The notes under the pieces are model-generated. The model was not told the origin of the DNA, searched no databases, and saw nothing but the letters and a program-made list of their open reading frames with translations. Positions 13,377-27,667 of a stretch of 64,000 nucleotides of DNA are shown piece by piece; the stretch's first letter is position 1; every line of letters starts with the position of its first letter. This stretch comes from Carcharhinus amblyrhynchos (Eukaryota). Made by a program: the position numbers and the translations under genes. The stretch covers positions 91,512,001 through 91,576,000 of the forward strand of contig OZ336874.1 of the NCBI GenBank assembly GCA_965287045.1. The letters are read 5' to 3'.

Positions 13377-14477
13377 GTAACAGATGGGCGTACAATGAGG
13401 GACAGTCTAAAACATAATTTGCAACTTTTGCGTCCTGGATGCTGACTACAATAAAATGTGAAATAGTGGGGCCCTAAAACAGTCAGTTATTTAATGTGGC
13501 AGTGATGTATTTTTAAAAGACCATAGAATTAAAATTCAATCATTTGAACCGATAAATTAACATGTTGTCTGCCTTTTTGTTGTCCTAACATACGGTTCCA
13601 CAGTATTAATCACTGTCATGATTTGATTACGAAAATGGCACCCAGACAATAAAAGCAGGATTACAAGCCAATTTGTTAAAGATTGCACATAAATTATCAA
13701 TAGTGATTTTACTGAACATTTATTTTTATATTCTCCAAATAGTAAATGTCGTATTTTAAAATAAAGCTGTAGCTATCCAATATTGCAAAGCAGTTTGATT
13801 CATTGATATGTCTAACCAGGTAATCATAGAAGCTATCAGTAAGAAAAAAAATAATGATTAAATCAAATGAGAGTAAGAATGAGTGTTACTGTTGTCTTTT
13901 AAGCTCAGTTTTATGGTCAGAACTGATCTTAAATAAGCTTTAAATATTACAGTTACGGTAGCTGCTCCTCGCATGGAGTGAGGGTCCAGATGAATTCTAA
14001 TCAAGAAAATGATAAATGGGGATGTTGTTCTGCGTACAAGATTTTAGACTTGGGTGGAACTGGTTGGAGGATGGTGCATATTGGGCATGGAATTATGATG
14101 CATCATGGATGAAATGGAATGTATCTAAGGCCATAAATAGAGGAGCAAGCAGCATGATGTTTGGAAAGATTCCAGGGTAATTCTGACTGCAGAAACAGGA
14201 GGCTCTGGTAAGACCAGCTGAGGAAAGGAAGTAGCCAAATAACTGAAAACTGCCTGCATTATGCTAGACCTCTCTATGCTCCACAGATTGGAACCCGTAG
14301 TTATAATAGGCTAGATACCACATGGCACTCTCCAAGTCCGAAACTACTCACTGCTCCCAGGAACATCGAGGAGAACAACGATAATCCTGGACTTCTATTC
14401 TCTAATGCCTTGAAAATCCTCTTATCTGTCCCTCCATTCTCACCTCCAATGACCAATACAAAAGAGCTGCTTACCAG

Positions 14478-16705
14478 TAATAGATGATCCAATCATCTGA
14501 GTAACATCAGTGTTATACAAATGCCAAGCTATGACCATCTCTAACAAAAGAGAATTATCTCCCCTTGACGTTCAATGGCATTAGCATCACTGGATCCCCC
14601 ACTATAATAATCCCCCACAATAATATTCTGTCCCTCAATATCAACAAGAAAGGAGATGGCCATTGACTTCAGGAAGTGTAGTGGACGACATGCCCCTGTC
14701 TACATCAATTGGGGATGTGGAGGAAATTGTCGAGAGCTTCAAATTTTTAGGTGTCCAGATTACCAACAACCTCTTCTGGTCCCTCCACACCGATGCTATA
14801 GTTAAGAAAGCTCATAAACACCTCTACTTTCTCAGGAAGCTAAGGAAATTTGGCCTGGGCGCTACAGCTCTCACCATCTTTTACAGGTGCACCATAAAGC
14901 ATTGTTCCTGGTTGCCTCACAGTTTGGTATGGCTCCAGCTCTGTCCAAGACCATAAAAAAACCTCAAAGGGTCATGAATGAAGCTCAGTCTATCATGTAA
15001 GCCAGCCTCCCATCTGTTGACTCTCTCTGAACTTCCCGCTTTCTCGGAAAAGCAGTCTACATAATCAAGGACCCAATGCATTACTTTTCTGGCAATTCGG
15101 GTTGGGAGATGCACATGTCAGCCATTTTGTGGGATTTGCGCAAGCATTCCCGACGCATGGGCATCTCCAACAGCCGGAGAGTAGGCACGGTCGAGACCAC
15201 ACTGGAAACTGGCGGGAAGATTATTATGGGATTATTGGGCATGGGACTGAATTTTCCGGGTGCGATAGCATTTCCCACACCGCCAGGAGCACTTCATTCC
15301 GGCAGATTTTAGAGTAGCTCCCCACCTTCGGGTAACTAGCGGGAGACCCCGCCAGAGTGAAGGGAAGGCAATTGGGGCCCCCCAAAGGGGTTGGGCAGCA
15401 GGAAAGGTGGTGCACCCAGGCATGGGCACACTGGCAGTGCCAGCCTGTGCCCCCGGCACTGCCCAAGGGACAAAGTGCCCATGCCCAGAGGACGCCTTGG
15501 TACTGCCCACCAGGCATCAGGCAGTGCCAAGGGGACAGGACCAAGGACAGTGCCGGGGGGCCTACTGTGGGCGGGGCCTAGGGGCTACTGCTTGGAGTGG
15601 GAGCAGGGTGGGAGGGAAGCTGCTGGAGATTGCGGTGTTCCGAGACAGGACGGTGTCAGGGCTGGTCCGGGAATGGCTTGGGAATGCTTGTGCGGGCCAT
15701 GATCAGGCCGTGGGGTGTTGCGATCAGGGAGGTTCTGAACTTCCGCTGAGAAAAAAGTCATGAATTATACTATTTTTCCGCAATTCAGCACTTAGAATTT
15801 TTTTGGGAGAATCACCCCCACTTCCACCTTCTTCTGTCGGGAAAAAGATACAAAAGTCTGAGGGCACCTACCAACCGACTCAAAACAATTTCTTCCCTGC
15901 TGCCATCAGGCTTTTGAGTGGACCTACCTTGTATTAAGTTGATCTTTCCCTACATCCTAGCTACGACTGTAACACTATGTTCTGCACTCTCTCCTTTTCT
16001 AAGTACGGTACGCTTTGCCTATACAACATGCAAGAAACAATACCTTTCACTGCATACATATGCATGTGACAATAATAAATCAAATCAAAACTAACATCCC
16101 GAAAGTTACCATTGACCAGAAATTGAACTGCATTCTCCATATAAATTTTGTAGCTGCTAGAGCAGGTCAAATGCTGGGAATTCTATGGAAAGTAACTCAC
16201 CTCCTGGTTCCCCTGTCCACCATCTAAAAGGCACAAGAGTGTGATGGAATACTCTTCACTTGCCTGGATGCATACAGCTCCCAACAACTCTCCGGAACGC
16301 AACACCAACCACGACAAAGCAGCCCATTACCACTTTCAACATCCATTCATTCCACCGCTGTTGCACAGTGAAAACAGTGTGAACCATCTACAAAATGCAC
16401 TGCAACAATTCACCAGGGCTTCTTTTGACAGCAGCTTGCAAACTCTGCCTCTGTCACCTAGAAGGGCAAGGACAGCAGATGTGTGCGAACACCACCACTT
16501 GCAAGTTTCCTTCCAGGTCACTCAGCATCCTATATCACTGTACCTTCCCCGTCGCTGGATCAAAATCCTGGAACTCCCTAACAGCACCCACAATACATGG
16601 ATTGCAGCAGTTAAAGAAGGCAGCACACTACCACCTCAAGGCATTAAGGATGGGCAATAGATGCTGGCCTAGCCACTGCTGCCCATATCTCATGAACAAG
16701 TAAAT
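14478..16705 (+). mobile_element. Three-level nest: family-B LINE containing a Rex/Babar LINE (about 14628-16090), which contains a GC-rich Harbinger-like non-autonomous element (about 15080-15819)
   Basis: Rex ORF reads VKKAHKHLYFLRKLRKFG...FYRCTI, with tail aataaatcaaatcaaa at 16073-16090. The host LINE resumes at aacatcccgaaagttaccattgaccag. The GC-rich insert ends ggagaatcacccc. Confidence 0.72.
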
Positions 16706-16994
16706 AAATAAATCAAAACTTCATACTTATTCCCCTGCCACATGCCTTGCCTATCAAGCAATTGATTTCTACAGCTTTTGGCATGGTTAGCCCCACATGC
16801 TCCTCAACCTATTCCCTCTGTTGTCCAATGGTATTGCCAGCACTTGTTTTGACTCTTACCTGTGCAGTTGTAACCAAAGCAGATCAAGAAATGGCCTCTC
16901 TTACTGTCTCTGTTCGGTTACTTCTAAAATGCATTTAGAAACAGTGCTTGGCTGCCTCTTCATTGCCATCTCCATAATTGATAACATCTGCCTG

Positions 16995-17150
16995 AGAGAA
17001 GGATGAGAACTCCTTTTAACATCTCATCAAAAGACAGCACTTCCAACATACCTGCCTTCCTTCCTGCACTGCCCTGGAGAGTCAGCCTAGATTTTTGTGT
17101 TCAAATCTCTGCAGTGGGATTGAATCCACAAACTTCTGACGTGAGAGCTG
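16995..17150 (-). mobile_element. Deu-domain SINE fragment (SacSINE1/AmnSINE1-like)
   Basis: tttaacatctcatcaaaagacagcacttccaaca...gtcagcctagattt. A tail-side fragment of the same type lies at about 43076-43320. Confidence 0.65.
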
Positions 17151-17524
17151 AAGTCACCATTTTGCTCCATGGCCGGAAAATCCCACGTTAGCAAATTCCA
17201 CCCTTCATCCCAGGTGTTATCTCAAGTACCCGGTGTAAAGCTATGCCAGACTGGGTGAAGAGGGGCTTGTACAACAGTGCAATAAGTCATTGAGTCGATA
17301 GTGAAAAATGTGCAGCATCCTTGCTCGCATGCCAGTTGATTTCTGAGGAGACTGAGGACTCACCATGTCAGTCCTGCACAAGTGCATCTCGAATAAACGC
17401 GAACAGATGGCTGAATGGATATCTGACTTTATCCATCTCTTCCTAGTCCTAAGATTGTTGAAATATCAGTGATGAGGGAACAGAACTCAACATGACATTC
17501 CTACAGGTAACACATTCAAAATGA

Positions 17525-19020
17525 TGTCCAGGACCTGATGAAGTGTATCCCAGGATATTGTGGGAGGCGAGGGAGGAAATTGCGGGTCCCTTAGCCGAGA
17601 TATTTGGATCATTAATAGTCACGGGTGAGGTGCCTGAAGATTGGAGAGTGGCAAATGTTATGTCTTTGTTTAAAAAGGGCTGCAGGGAAAAGCCTGGAAA
17701 CTACACGCCAGTGAGCCTCACAGCCGTGTTGGGTAAATTGTTGGAAGGTATTTTGAGAGATAGGATCTACAGGCATTTAGAGATGCAAGCACTGATTAGC
17801 GACAGTCAGCACGGCTTTGAGAGTGGAACATCATGTCTTACAAATTTGATTGAATTTTTTGAAGGGGTAACCAAGAAGCCAGTGCAGTTAATGTTGTCTA
17901 CATGGACTTTAGCAAGGCCTTCGACAAGGTACCGCATAGTAGGTTGTTGCATAAGGTTAAATCTCACGGGATCCAAGCTGAGGTATCTAAATGGATACAA
18001 AATCGGCTTCTTAACAGAAGCCGGAGGGTTTTTGAGGGTTGTTTTTCAAACTGGAGGCATGTGACCAGTGTGCCTCTGGAATCAGTGGTGGGTCCACTGT
18101 TATTTGTCATTCATATTAATGATTTGGACGAGAATATAGGAGGCATGGTTACTAAGTTTGCAGATGGCGCAAAGATTGGTGACACTGTGGACGGTGAAGA
18201 AAGTTTTCTCCAATTGCAACAGGACCTTGATCAATTGGGCCAGTGGGCTAACAAATTTAATTTAGACATATGCGAGGTGATGCATTTTGGTAGATTGAAC
18301 CAGGGCAGGACCTATTCAGTTAATGGTCGAACAAAGAGATCGAGCGGTACATGTTCATAACTTCTTGAAAGTGGAGTCACAGGTGGACAGAGTGATGAAG
18401 AAGGCATTTGGCATGCTTGGTTTTATTGGTCAGAACACTGAACTCAGGAGTTGGAAAGTCTTGAAGTTGTACAAGACATTTCAACTTGGCAAGGTCACAC
18501 TTGGAATACTGTTTGCAATTCTGGTCACCCTATTATAGAAAGGATATTATTAAACTAGAAAGAGTGCAGAAAATATTTACTAGGATGCTACCGGGACTTG
18601 ATGGCTTGAGTTATAAGGAGAGGCTGATAGACTAGAATTTTGTTCTCTGGGATGTTGGAGGCCGAGAGATGACCTTATAGAAGTCTATAAAATAAGAAGG
18701 GCACAAATCAGCTAAATAATCAATATCTTTTCCCAAAGGTAAGGGAGTCTAAAACTAGAGGGCATAGGTTTAAGATGAGAGGGGAGATACAAAAGTGTCG
18801 AGGGGTCAATTTTTTCGTATAGAGGGTGGTATCTGGAACAAGCTGCCAGAGGTAGTAGTTGAGGTGGATACAATATTGTCTTTTATAAAGTATTTAGGTA
18901 GTTACATGGGTAAGATGAGTACAGAGGGATATAGGCCAAATGCAAGCAATTGGGATTAGCGTAGGAGACTAGTTGGGCTGAAGGATCTGTTTCCATGCTA
19001 TAAACCTCGATGACTTTATG
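17525..19020 (+). mobile_element. CR1 LINE, 5'-truncated ORF2 (RT) with frameshifts
   Basis: YPRILWEAREEIAGPL...NYTPVSLT...DFSKAFDKVPH...KFADG, plus a CR1 tail. Confidence 0.95.
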
Positions 19021-19299
19021 AAATGACCTTATCTTAATTTCCTCTATGTTGAAGATGCAAGATCCTATTAGTTAAAACATATCAACTTACTCAGTTTTTG
19101 TCCATAATTGTTGGCTTAGAAGTGGACGCAAGTGCTTTTTTGGGTTAAATTTGATTGCATCGCATTGCTTCTAGTGGCATTACACTCATGACATCAATAC
19201 CCCATGGGCAGATAATACCTGGACCTGCAGTAGTGTTGTTTACAATGAGGAATTCTATATGGTCTGCCATTCTGGAATTGAACTTATCCTCTTTATGTC

Positions 19300-19590
19300 T
19301 TGTGGGTCGCTGGACTGGTGATCCAGAAACTCACGGTAATGTTCCCGACACTCAGGTTTGAATCCCACCATAGCAGATGGCGAGATTTGAATTAAAGAAC
19401 ATTCTGGAATTAAAGTTTAACGATGACCATGAAGCCAATCTGGTTCACTTTAGGGAAGGAAATCTGCCGTCTTTACCTGGTCTACATGTGATTCCAATCC
19501 CACAACAATGTGGTTGACTCTTAAATGCCCTCAGGGATGAACAATAAAAGCTGGCCAGCCAGCGACACCCACATCCACATGGACAAAATA
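19300..19590 (+). mobile_element. tRNA-headed SINE sharing its 3' tail with family-B LINE
   Basis: B box ggtttgaatccc, central tagggaaggaaatctgccgtc, and tail gctggccagccagcgacacccacatcc. A second copy lies at 52273-52645 (-). Confidence 0.75.
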
Positions 19591-22000
19591 AACTGTTTCT
19601 GGGTATATTTTCATTACTCATCGTACTTAATCATTGTGAAGAAAATTAACTTAGCAAAAATTAATGACACAGAACAGAGGCCTCAAGCTGCCCATTTACA
19701 AGTTGGCTGCTGTTGAGAGGCCAGCTTTAGCAATAGTTGATATGATGATTAGGTTAGAGGGAAAAATATGTTGGCGACAGCTGGCACACAAAGACACCCT
19801 GGTGATGTGTTATGCCGTCCATGGCATGAGATTCTGTTCCACTAACAATGAGCTCAGGGGAAGTCATCCAGTGATTCAACTTTATGCTACTATTTTCTGC
19901 AGAGCCACTGGGACGATTTTTTTCCACTTAGCTTTTGACAGGATGTGGGGACCATAGCCCTGTCAGTGAGTAACTGGCTTGGAGGCTGAATTTTCCAGAA
20001 GGCCAGTCAATTAAAAGGGTGCCTCCACAGATGTGATTAAGTATACTGGGTTGGAGGAGCAGTCAGAAACCCACATTTATTTAATGTTATTTTAAAAATC
20101 TGGCTCGTGAGTGATGGGGAACATTGATTTATCGCCCATTTCTAGTTGTGTTAAAGGCAAGTGTGAAACTCATGTAGTCAAATGTTGGCCAGACCAAAAA
20201 TGGGCAACAGTCAGTCCCAAGGCTCATTTCTCGATCCTTTAGTTTATCGTTTTCAGTAATCCAGTAGCTCGTGTGGTCATTTTTTCCTGATGCTAGTTCA
20301 CAAATCCATAAATACCTTTGCACCAGTACCAGACAATGTGAAGTTTCTTTTCATAACTGCAGTTTTTCATTTCCAGCATCATCCTGTGAATCATCACTTC
20401 AGTCTGCATTGTTACAGGTGCTGGCTGTCTACCAGTTCAGGTGGTCAAAGACTCAGACTACTTGAAGTGCAGGCTAGTTCCCTGGTGCAGATGTGATGGG
20501 CCAAATGGCCTCTTCTGTACTGTGGGGATTCAATGATTCTCTGATCAGCGTGTTAGCCTGTAATTGTCTAGTTTTTTTAATGTGACTCACTACATGCCTT
20601 TCCTCCCCACCCACCTACTACCTCAGCCATCCTCACTTGTCGATAAAGGGCTTGAAAAACCCTTTTTTAGAGAGAGGAACAGACCATAACAGTTTTGAAT
20701 TCCAATATGATCCTTTGGGATGGGAAATTCCCTGCTTTTCTGTTGTCACCCACATTTTGAGAATGTTCTCATCATGCCCAAAGGCCAAATCATCCATATA
20801 TACACAGTGAACAAAAGCAGCACAGCTGAGATACATCATTTCAAACTCTTTTTTCCAGCAGAGTAACAATGAAAACTAACTCCCTTTTTCTCGTGTCTCA
20901 ACCGACTTTCTATCCATGCTGCCTCCTGCACCATATGCCTGGAGAAAGCTTCCTATGAAAAACCTTCTCAAAATCCATATACGTAAGGAGATAGAATTTC
21001 TGGGAGTTCCCTGATGTCCTGCCCCCAACTTTGAAGATGGAACTCCAAAGAAAACTGTTTATTCTGTTTATCGGGGATTCTGGCAAAATTATGGGAACAT
21101 TCCTGTACAAGCTTGACCCCGGCGTCTACTGCATCCTTTTTAACAACCTGACTTCTCAATACACCTCTTTATTGAATTTGTCAAGCATGACTTGCTTTTA
21201 ATAAATATACACAGGTTACACTTGATTGACTCATATATTTCAAAACGCCAGTAATTTGCTCCTCAACAATGAATTCTAAGAACTAACCCAAAACTGATGT
21301 TAGACTAATTGAGCAATAATTATGTGGGCCAAATTCTCACTACCAGGTAAAGTGTGCAGAGACTGGAAAAATCCCAGCTCCATGAAGCTGACCTTTATAA
21401 TTCATTGCCTGGGTGTCAGATTTTCATTCTGGATTGATCTGGATTAGAAGTCAGGGTGGATGACCCCAGAAGAACAAAGGAGGCTACCAAGTGTGGTGGT
21501 GCTCTTGGCAGAAGGCCTGCTTTGGGGATTCAACACAAAGTCCAAACTTTAAAAATAAAGAATAAAACTTGAAGCAGCTCTCCAGCCCACATCCTTCACC
21601 CTCTATAACCCTCACCCACTTCCTAATGCCCCATCCATCTCAACCCATGCCACCTCATGCCCACACTTGCCTGCCATGGACTCTAATGCTCCCATACCAA
21701 GGTATGTACACTAAGCAATTCCTATGGCCCCTAATACCATACATGCCAAGATATGTTCCTCCGCCCACCACTCTTGACACTTCATAGCTCCTGTATCAAA
21801 GTTGGAATCCATGTCAATCTATGCCCCCTTTTACCCATTTTTCCCTTACATTGACCACGCTAACTCACCTAGTATGGACCAAGAGCATTCATCAGTAAGA
21901 TAAAGCTGTAAATTTCTATTGTAGACTTCATTATATTACAAACAAAAAACTAATTTATAAAACCCATTTGCTGCATTTACATTCTTTCAGCTAAGTAACA

Positions 22001-22345
22001 GCAGTACAGTGGCACAATGGTTAGCACTGCTGCTTCACAGCGCCAGGGTTCGATTCCCAGCTTGGATCACTGTCTGTGTGGAGTTTGCACATTCTCCTCC
22101 TGCCTACGTGTGTTTCCTCTGGGTGCTCTGGTTTCCTCCCACAGTCCAAAGATGTGTGGGTTAGTTTAATTGATCATGCTAAAATTGCTCCTTAGTGTCC
22201 TGAGATGTGTAGGTTAGAGGGATTAACAGGTAAATACGTCAGGATATGGGCGTAGTGCCTGGGTGGGATTGTGGTCAGTGCAGACTCATTGAGCCAAATG
22301 GCCTGTTTCTGCACTGTAGGGTTTCTATGATCTCTATGATTCTTT
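22001..22345 (+). mobile_element. V-SINE
   Basis: Full head, V domain and (ttctatga)n tail. Confidence 0.92.
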
Positions 22346-22800
22346 CTAAAGGTTTATAACAACAAACATTTCATTCAAGTGCACAATTGCATATAGCTAG
22401 AATTGGAAGCAACAGTCTCACTACGAAAGAATCTATAACTACTTGGAACTGTCAATCAAACTATGAAATGGCAGTTTACAAATTCAGTCTCAGTACTAAT
22501 CCAGTAATGAAAAGTCATGCTTACGTCAACAGGCAAAATGAAATATAAATAATCACTTTTTTTTTTAAACACTTCGAACTTTTTTTCTAAGGACTTAAAG
22601 GGCAGAACTTTTAAATACCTTGACAGATTCATAGCTTCCTTTGAACTTGACGGTTAATAAGTTGCACACATTCGCTTTATATGTAGATTTATTACTACTT
22701 TTAATAATTCCAATGGATACCTTATTTTCCCATAGGCCACCTGGCCTACCACACAAGACACCTTTGCTCCACCAAAGGGCACCTTGCCTCACCCATAAGA

Positions 22801-23544
22801 ATTCCAAAGCTAGTGTAGAGTATAGGGCTAACGGTAGGACTCTGAATAGTGTGGATGAACAGAGGGATCTAGGTGTATGTGTACATAGATCCCTGAAAGT
22901 TGGGAGTCAAGTAGATAGGGTTGTTAGGAAGGCATACGGTGTCTTGGCGTTTATTGGTAGGGGGATTGAATTTAGGAGCCGCAGCATCATGTTGCAACTG
23001 TACAAAACTCTGGTGCGGCCACACTTGGAGTATTGTGTGCAGTTCTGGTCCCCACATTACAGGAAGGATGTGGAGGCTTTGGAGAGGGTGTAGAGGAGGT
23101 TTACCAGGATGTTGCCTGGTATGGAGGGGAGGTCCTTTGAGGAGAGACAGAGGGATTTGAGGTTGTTTTCGTTAGAAAGGCGGCGGCTAAGAGGGGACCT
23201 TATTGAAACATATAAGATGATTAGAGGTTTAGATAGGGTGGACAGTGATAGCCTTTTTCCTCGGATGGAGAAAGCTAGCACGAGGGGGCATAGCTTTAAA
23301 TTAAGGGGGGGTAGTTATAGGACGGATGTCAGGGGTAGGTTCTTTACCCGGAGGGTGGTGAGGGATTGGAATGCCCTGCCTGCTGCAGTTGTAAATGCAC
23401 CTAGTTTGGGGGCGTTTAAGAGATCCGTGGATAGGTTTATGGATGGAAAGGGATTGGTTTAGGTTAGAGGGTCATTGCTTTTTAACTGGTCGGCACAACA
23501 TCGTGGGCCGAAGGGCCTGTTCTGCGCTGTAATGTTCTATGTTC
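22801..23544 (+). mobile_element. Young 5'-truncated CR1 LINE with ordinary short 3' UTR
   Basis: YKTLVRPHLEYCVQFWSPHY with one stop at 23091-23093, (ttctatg)n tail, and candidate TSD TAAGA (22796-22800 / 23545-23549). Confidence 0.95.
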
Positions 23545-24712
23545 TAAGAGGATATCTTGGCTATCCAAATGAATCCACCAAGTTCAGACCTACTTTTAAC
23601 CATTTCTAATGTCCATGCTTCACATTCTAAGGTTGGCAATATCTCATTTCAAGATGATTTAAATAGCCAATTTCCTCTGTAAAACCAAAATGCATTGATG
23701 AAACATACCCTGCCCCCATTCCTAACTCTGCAAAACTAGGGGCAGGTCTTAGAATTTCTGTTATGAGAAAAGTCTGGGCCTTGGCTTCACATTCTGGGAT
23801 TTATATTCATTTTTTTTTCCACAAAAGATTATAGAATTGACTTGTGTTTAAGTATTGTGCTTAAAGCAAAATAAATTTCCACAGGGTTAAAAAGGAAAGA
23901 CGACAGATTAAAGGTGTTTGAATAAATGTATTGAAAGGGCACTGGACAGTTTGTGAAATTTGTTGAGGGTCAAATACCTCATTGTTGTCTCATGAAATGG
24001 AATGTCTCCCATTTATCATAAGTAACAACTGCTAGCTCTCAGAAACTAAAGCCCTGCATTTTGGCCTTCACCGGAGAATAGAGCTTTCCCTCACTAATCA
24101 GCACAAGTCTAGTGTCAGCATTCAGTCAAATGCACCAGAATTCCATCACTTAACTTGGCAATGACCCCTATTGCATTCAGACAAATTGAGTTGTCACAGT
24201 GGCAATAAGTGAATACGAGTACTAGAATGCTAAACCATCCTTCACTGTCTGGAACGTGTTGGTTCAGACAGTTAACTGAGTCATACCTTACACCTCCAGT
24301 CCTCTGATCTTATGAATTTAAGCCCAACAGCCACACTTAAATGTACAGTAGCATTTAACATATACCAACCCCTACACATTCATTCATCCAGTTGGCATAA
24401 CACAAGACCACTCTGTGCAAACCCTGATCCCAATAGTTATTAGGGCAGACTTACAGTAGAAGCCTTGGTTTTCCCACATTCTGCTTGGTATTTATAGGTT
24501 CCCTGTCCAAACTGTGGCCTAATGGAGAGGCTTGACAGCCTAACAAGCAAGGCAAGTTCTGGGACAGGTTATAGCCAAGGGGCAGGTAGATTTTGTGGTG
24601 GTGGCTGCCAAGTTTGGGGGGGAAGGGTTGATCACAAGGGGATAGTAGGTCTGGATTGTGTGCCATTATGGGGTTGCACACGGTCACAGAAAAACTTGAG
24701 AGATGGGGGCAT

Positions 24713-24920
24713 AGAGGTCATAGTATCCCTATAGGACAGAAGAGGCCATTCAGCCCATCAACTCTGCACCAACTCTGACAGAATATCTTACCCAAACCCT
24801 CTCCCCCACTCTATCCCTGTTACACCTCGCATTTCCTATGCCTAATTCCCCTAACCTACACATCTTGAGACACTAAGGGGCAATTTAGCATGACTAATCC
24901 ACCTAACATATGCATCTTTG
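24713..24920 (-). mobile_element. V-SINE 3' half
   Basis: cactaaggggcaatttagcatgactaatccacctaac. Confidence 0.8.
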
Positions 24921-25457
24921 ATATTTACAGGCTATATTTGTTGGGCCTGGAAACAGAAATTCTGCTCCTTCTAGCTTATGAGCAATGAAATCTATCTCTT
25001 TTAGCCTGAGTCTGAAGTCCTATTATTCTGTCCTCAGTTTGCTCAACCTACTTGCTAATGTATTAAATTAGGTCCCACTCATTCCAAGTGGAAAGAATCA
25101 TAAAATGGTTATATCACAGAAGGAGCTCATTTAGCCCATCCTATCAGCAATAACTCAGCAAGCCTGACTGGAAAGGAACAGGATTTACTATTGAACACAA
25201 CATTAAGCCAATACTGTACTACATACATACACCAGACCCAACTAAAACATAATTATATATACCCTGTCCGGTGACTGCCTTATAGGACTCAGGCAATGAG
25301 TTCCACCTGGGCAGGTCCTTGACTGTTACCAAGGGAACTCCTATTCACTGAGCCCCACAGGGAGATCAATTAATGATTCCCATGAGACTCATGGAGGTTG
25401 CCATCCTATTCATGCTCGTTCCCTGTATCTGCAATTAGCTGGTCCACGCCCCATCCT

Positions 25458-25756
25458 TTTTTTTTCTTCTCTTTTGACACCAACTAAATAAACAAACTCA
25501 AATTAACTTCGGGACAAATTAAAAAGGGCAGCTCCCCAAAAGAAAGGGGACAGCCCGAACAAAAAAAACAAAGTCAAAAGGAAACTTAAAACATTAAATC
25601 AAAATGTGATTGTCAGGGTCTGTAATACAGCCCGGTTTCTTTTAGGTCAAACCAAGTAAACAAACTCAAATTACATTAGGCCAAAGTAAAAGGGGCAGCT
25701 CCCCAAAAAGAAGGGGAACAGCCCGAACAAAAACAAAAAGTACAAAGGAAACTTAA
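25458..25756 (-). mobile_element. Two tandem 3' ends of a probable Tx1/L1-clade LINE, inserted in a CR1 tail
   Basis: A ~105 bp unit is repeated (about 25482-25590 and 25651-25756). The - strand reads ...GCITDPDNHILI* followed by a T-rich UTR and an A-rich end. Confidence 0.55.
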
Positions 25757-27000
25757 GTTCTGCAGTGGGTGTAGAACTCCGCATCCTTTTCTTCATAGCC
25801 CTGCAATTCCTTTCTCTTCAGATAATTATCCAATTCTCTTTTAAAGGCCTCAGTTGAATCTGCCTCCACCAGACTCTCAGCAAGTGCATTCCAGATCCTA
25901 ACCACCAACTTAAAAAAAATTCCCGTATTGCCATTGCTTCTTTGGCAATCATCTTTTATTGGTTTCCTGTATTTTTTGATCCTTCTGTTAATGGGAGCAG
26001 CATTGCTCTGTCTATTCAGCCACACTGTTCGTGATTTTGAATATCTCTATTAAACATCCTCTCAATCTTCTCTCCTTCAAGGAGAACAGCTCCAGCTTTT
26101 CCCAATCTATCCACATAAATTAAGTTTATAATCCCCCAAACTATTCTCAGGAATCCTTTCTGTAGCCCCCTCCAATAATTTCACAAGTTCCTGAAGTGTG
26201 TTGCTCAGAACTGGACACAATCTTTTAGTTGATTTTGTGTGGGAAATTAGTGTGAGAATTCCACAAGGTTGTAATACTCCAGAGGGTTGTGGAAGCTCAA
26301 TCATTGAGCATATTCAAGACTGAAATCAACTGTTTTCTGGATATTAATGAGATCAAGAGATATAGAAACAGTGTGTGTGTGTGAGGGTGGGGTGGGGGGA
26401 GAGGTGGTGGGTGAATGGAGAATGGCACCATGATCAGCCCTGATGTATTTGAATGGCAGAGCAGGCCCAGTGAACCCAACGGACTACTCTTACTCCTATC
26501 TTCTGATTATACTGGTTTTTTATAACTTCCTTGCTTTTGTACTCTTTGCCTCTATTTATAAAGCCCAGGATCCCATATACCTTTTTAACCACTTTCTCAA
26601 CATGCCCTGCCAACTTCAATGACTTGTGCACATATACCTCCAGGTCCCTTGGCTACTGCAACCCTGTCATTTCATATTATCTCTCCACATTCTTCCCATG
26701 AGTGTATGTTAAATTTCGTATGCACTTGTCTACGCTTTCCACCAGTCTCTGATCTCTTGAAATTCAACACTATCTTCCTCATAGTTTACAATAATTCCAA
26801 GTTTTGTGCCATCCATAAACTTTGAAATTGGGTCCTCAACAACTCAGGTCTAGGTCGTTAATATATGAAGAAACGGACAGTAACTGACCCTAAGGAACCA
26901 CACTATGTACCTTCCTCCAGCCCAAAAAATAACAGCCATTCACTAATACTGCTCTGTTTCCTGTCAGTCGCCCAATTTTATAGAAATTAAAGCTCCTAAA
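25757..27000 (-). mobile_element. CR1 fragments, mostly - strand, with a short + fragment at about 26265-26505
   Basis: VVRIWNALAESLVEADSTEAFKRELD and KVVKKVYGILGFINRG. Confidence 0.8.
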
Positions 27001-27274
27001 TTGACCAGCGAAATCAATGTGGATTCAGGTTAGATTCCCCCATCATACCTCGGCCCATTCACAGTGAGCCTGGTGGATCGAGAAAAGGCTTTTATGAATT
27101 CATAAACAACTTGCATTTTTTTATTAATGCCTCTGAACAGGGAAGCATTCTGGAGTATTTTATGGTACACAGTAAAAGATCCTGTCCGCAAGTTATGGAA
27201 TGAACCTACAACTCTGTGATGAAAAGAATGCCACAATCTGAGACAAGAGGGGATATGGTAGACTGGGACAACAC

Positions 27275-27667
27275 TCATTGGAATTTAGAAGAATGCGCGG
27301 GGGGCTCTTATGGAAACATATAAAGTTATGAAGGGAATAGCTAAGATAGAAACAGGGAGGTTCTTTCCTCTGGTGGGTGAAATCAGAACGAGGGGGCATA
27401 GCCTCAAAATGAGGGGGAGCAGATTTAGGACTGAGTTGAGGAAGAACTTCTTCACCCAAGGAGTTGTGAATCTGTGGAATTTCCTGCCCAGTAAAGCAGT
27501 TGAGGCTATCTTGTTGAATGTTTTTATGATAGATAAATTTTTGAACAGTAAAGGAATTAAGGGTTATGGTGAACAGGCAGGTAAGTGGAGCTGAGTCCAC
27601 AAAAAGATCAGCCATGATCTTATTGAATGGCAGAGCTGGCTCGAGGGGTGAAATGGCCTACTCCTGT
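27275..27667 (+). mobile_element. CR1 3' end
   Basis: ETYKVMKG...RTRGHSLK...FFTQGVVNLWNFLP. Confidence 0.92.

Noticed and set aside
13185-13445. 86 aa ORF as a complete protein
   Set aside because: Only 13195-13376 is exon. The rest is read-through into intron across clear splice sites.
15076-15763. Dense overlapping ORFs or a CpG-island promoter
   Set aside because: This is a GC-rich non-autonomous insertion nested in a Rex/Babar LINE, and GC content explains the open frames.
22001-22070. tRNA genes at SINE heads
   Set aside because: The A and B boxes continue into the V domain and LINE tail, so these are SINEs and not tRNAs.
25180-25400. Possible solo LTR inside a CR1 tail
   Set aside because: I could not identify TG...CA ends, a TSD or a second copy in the window.
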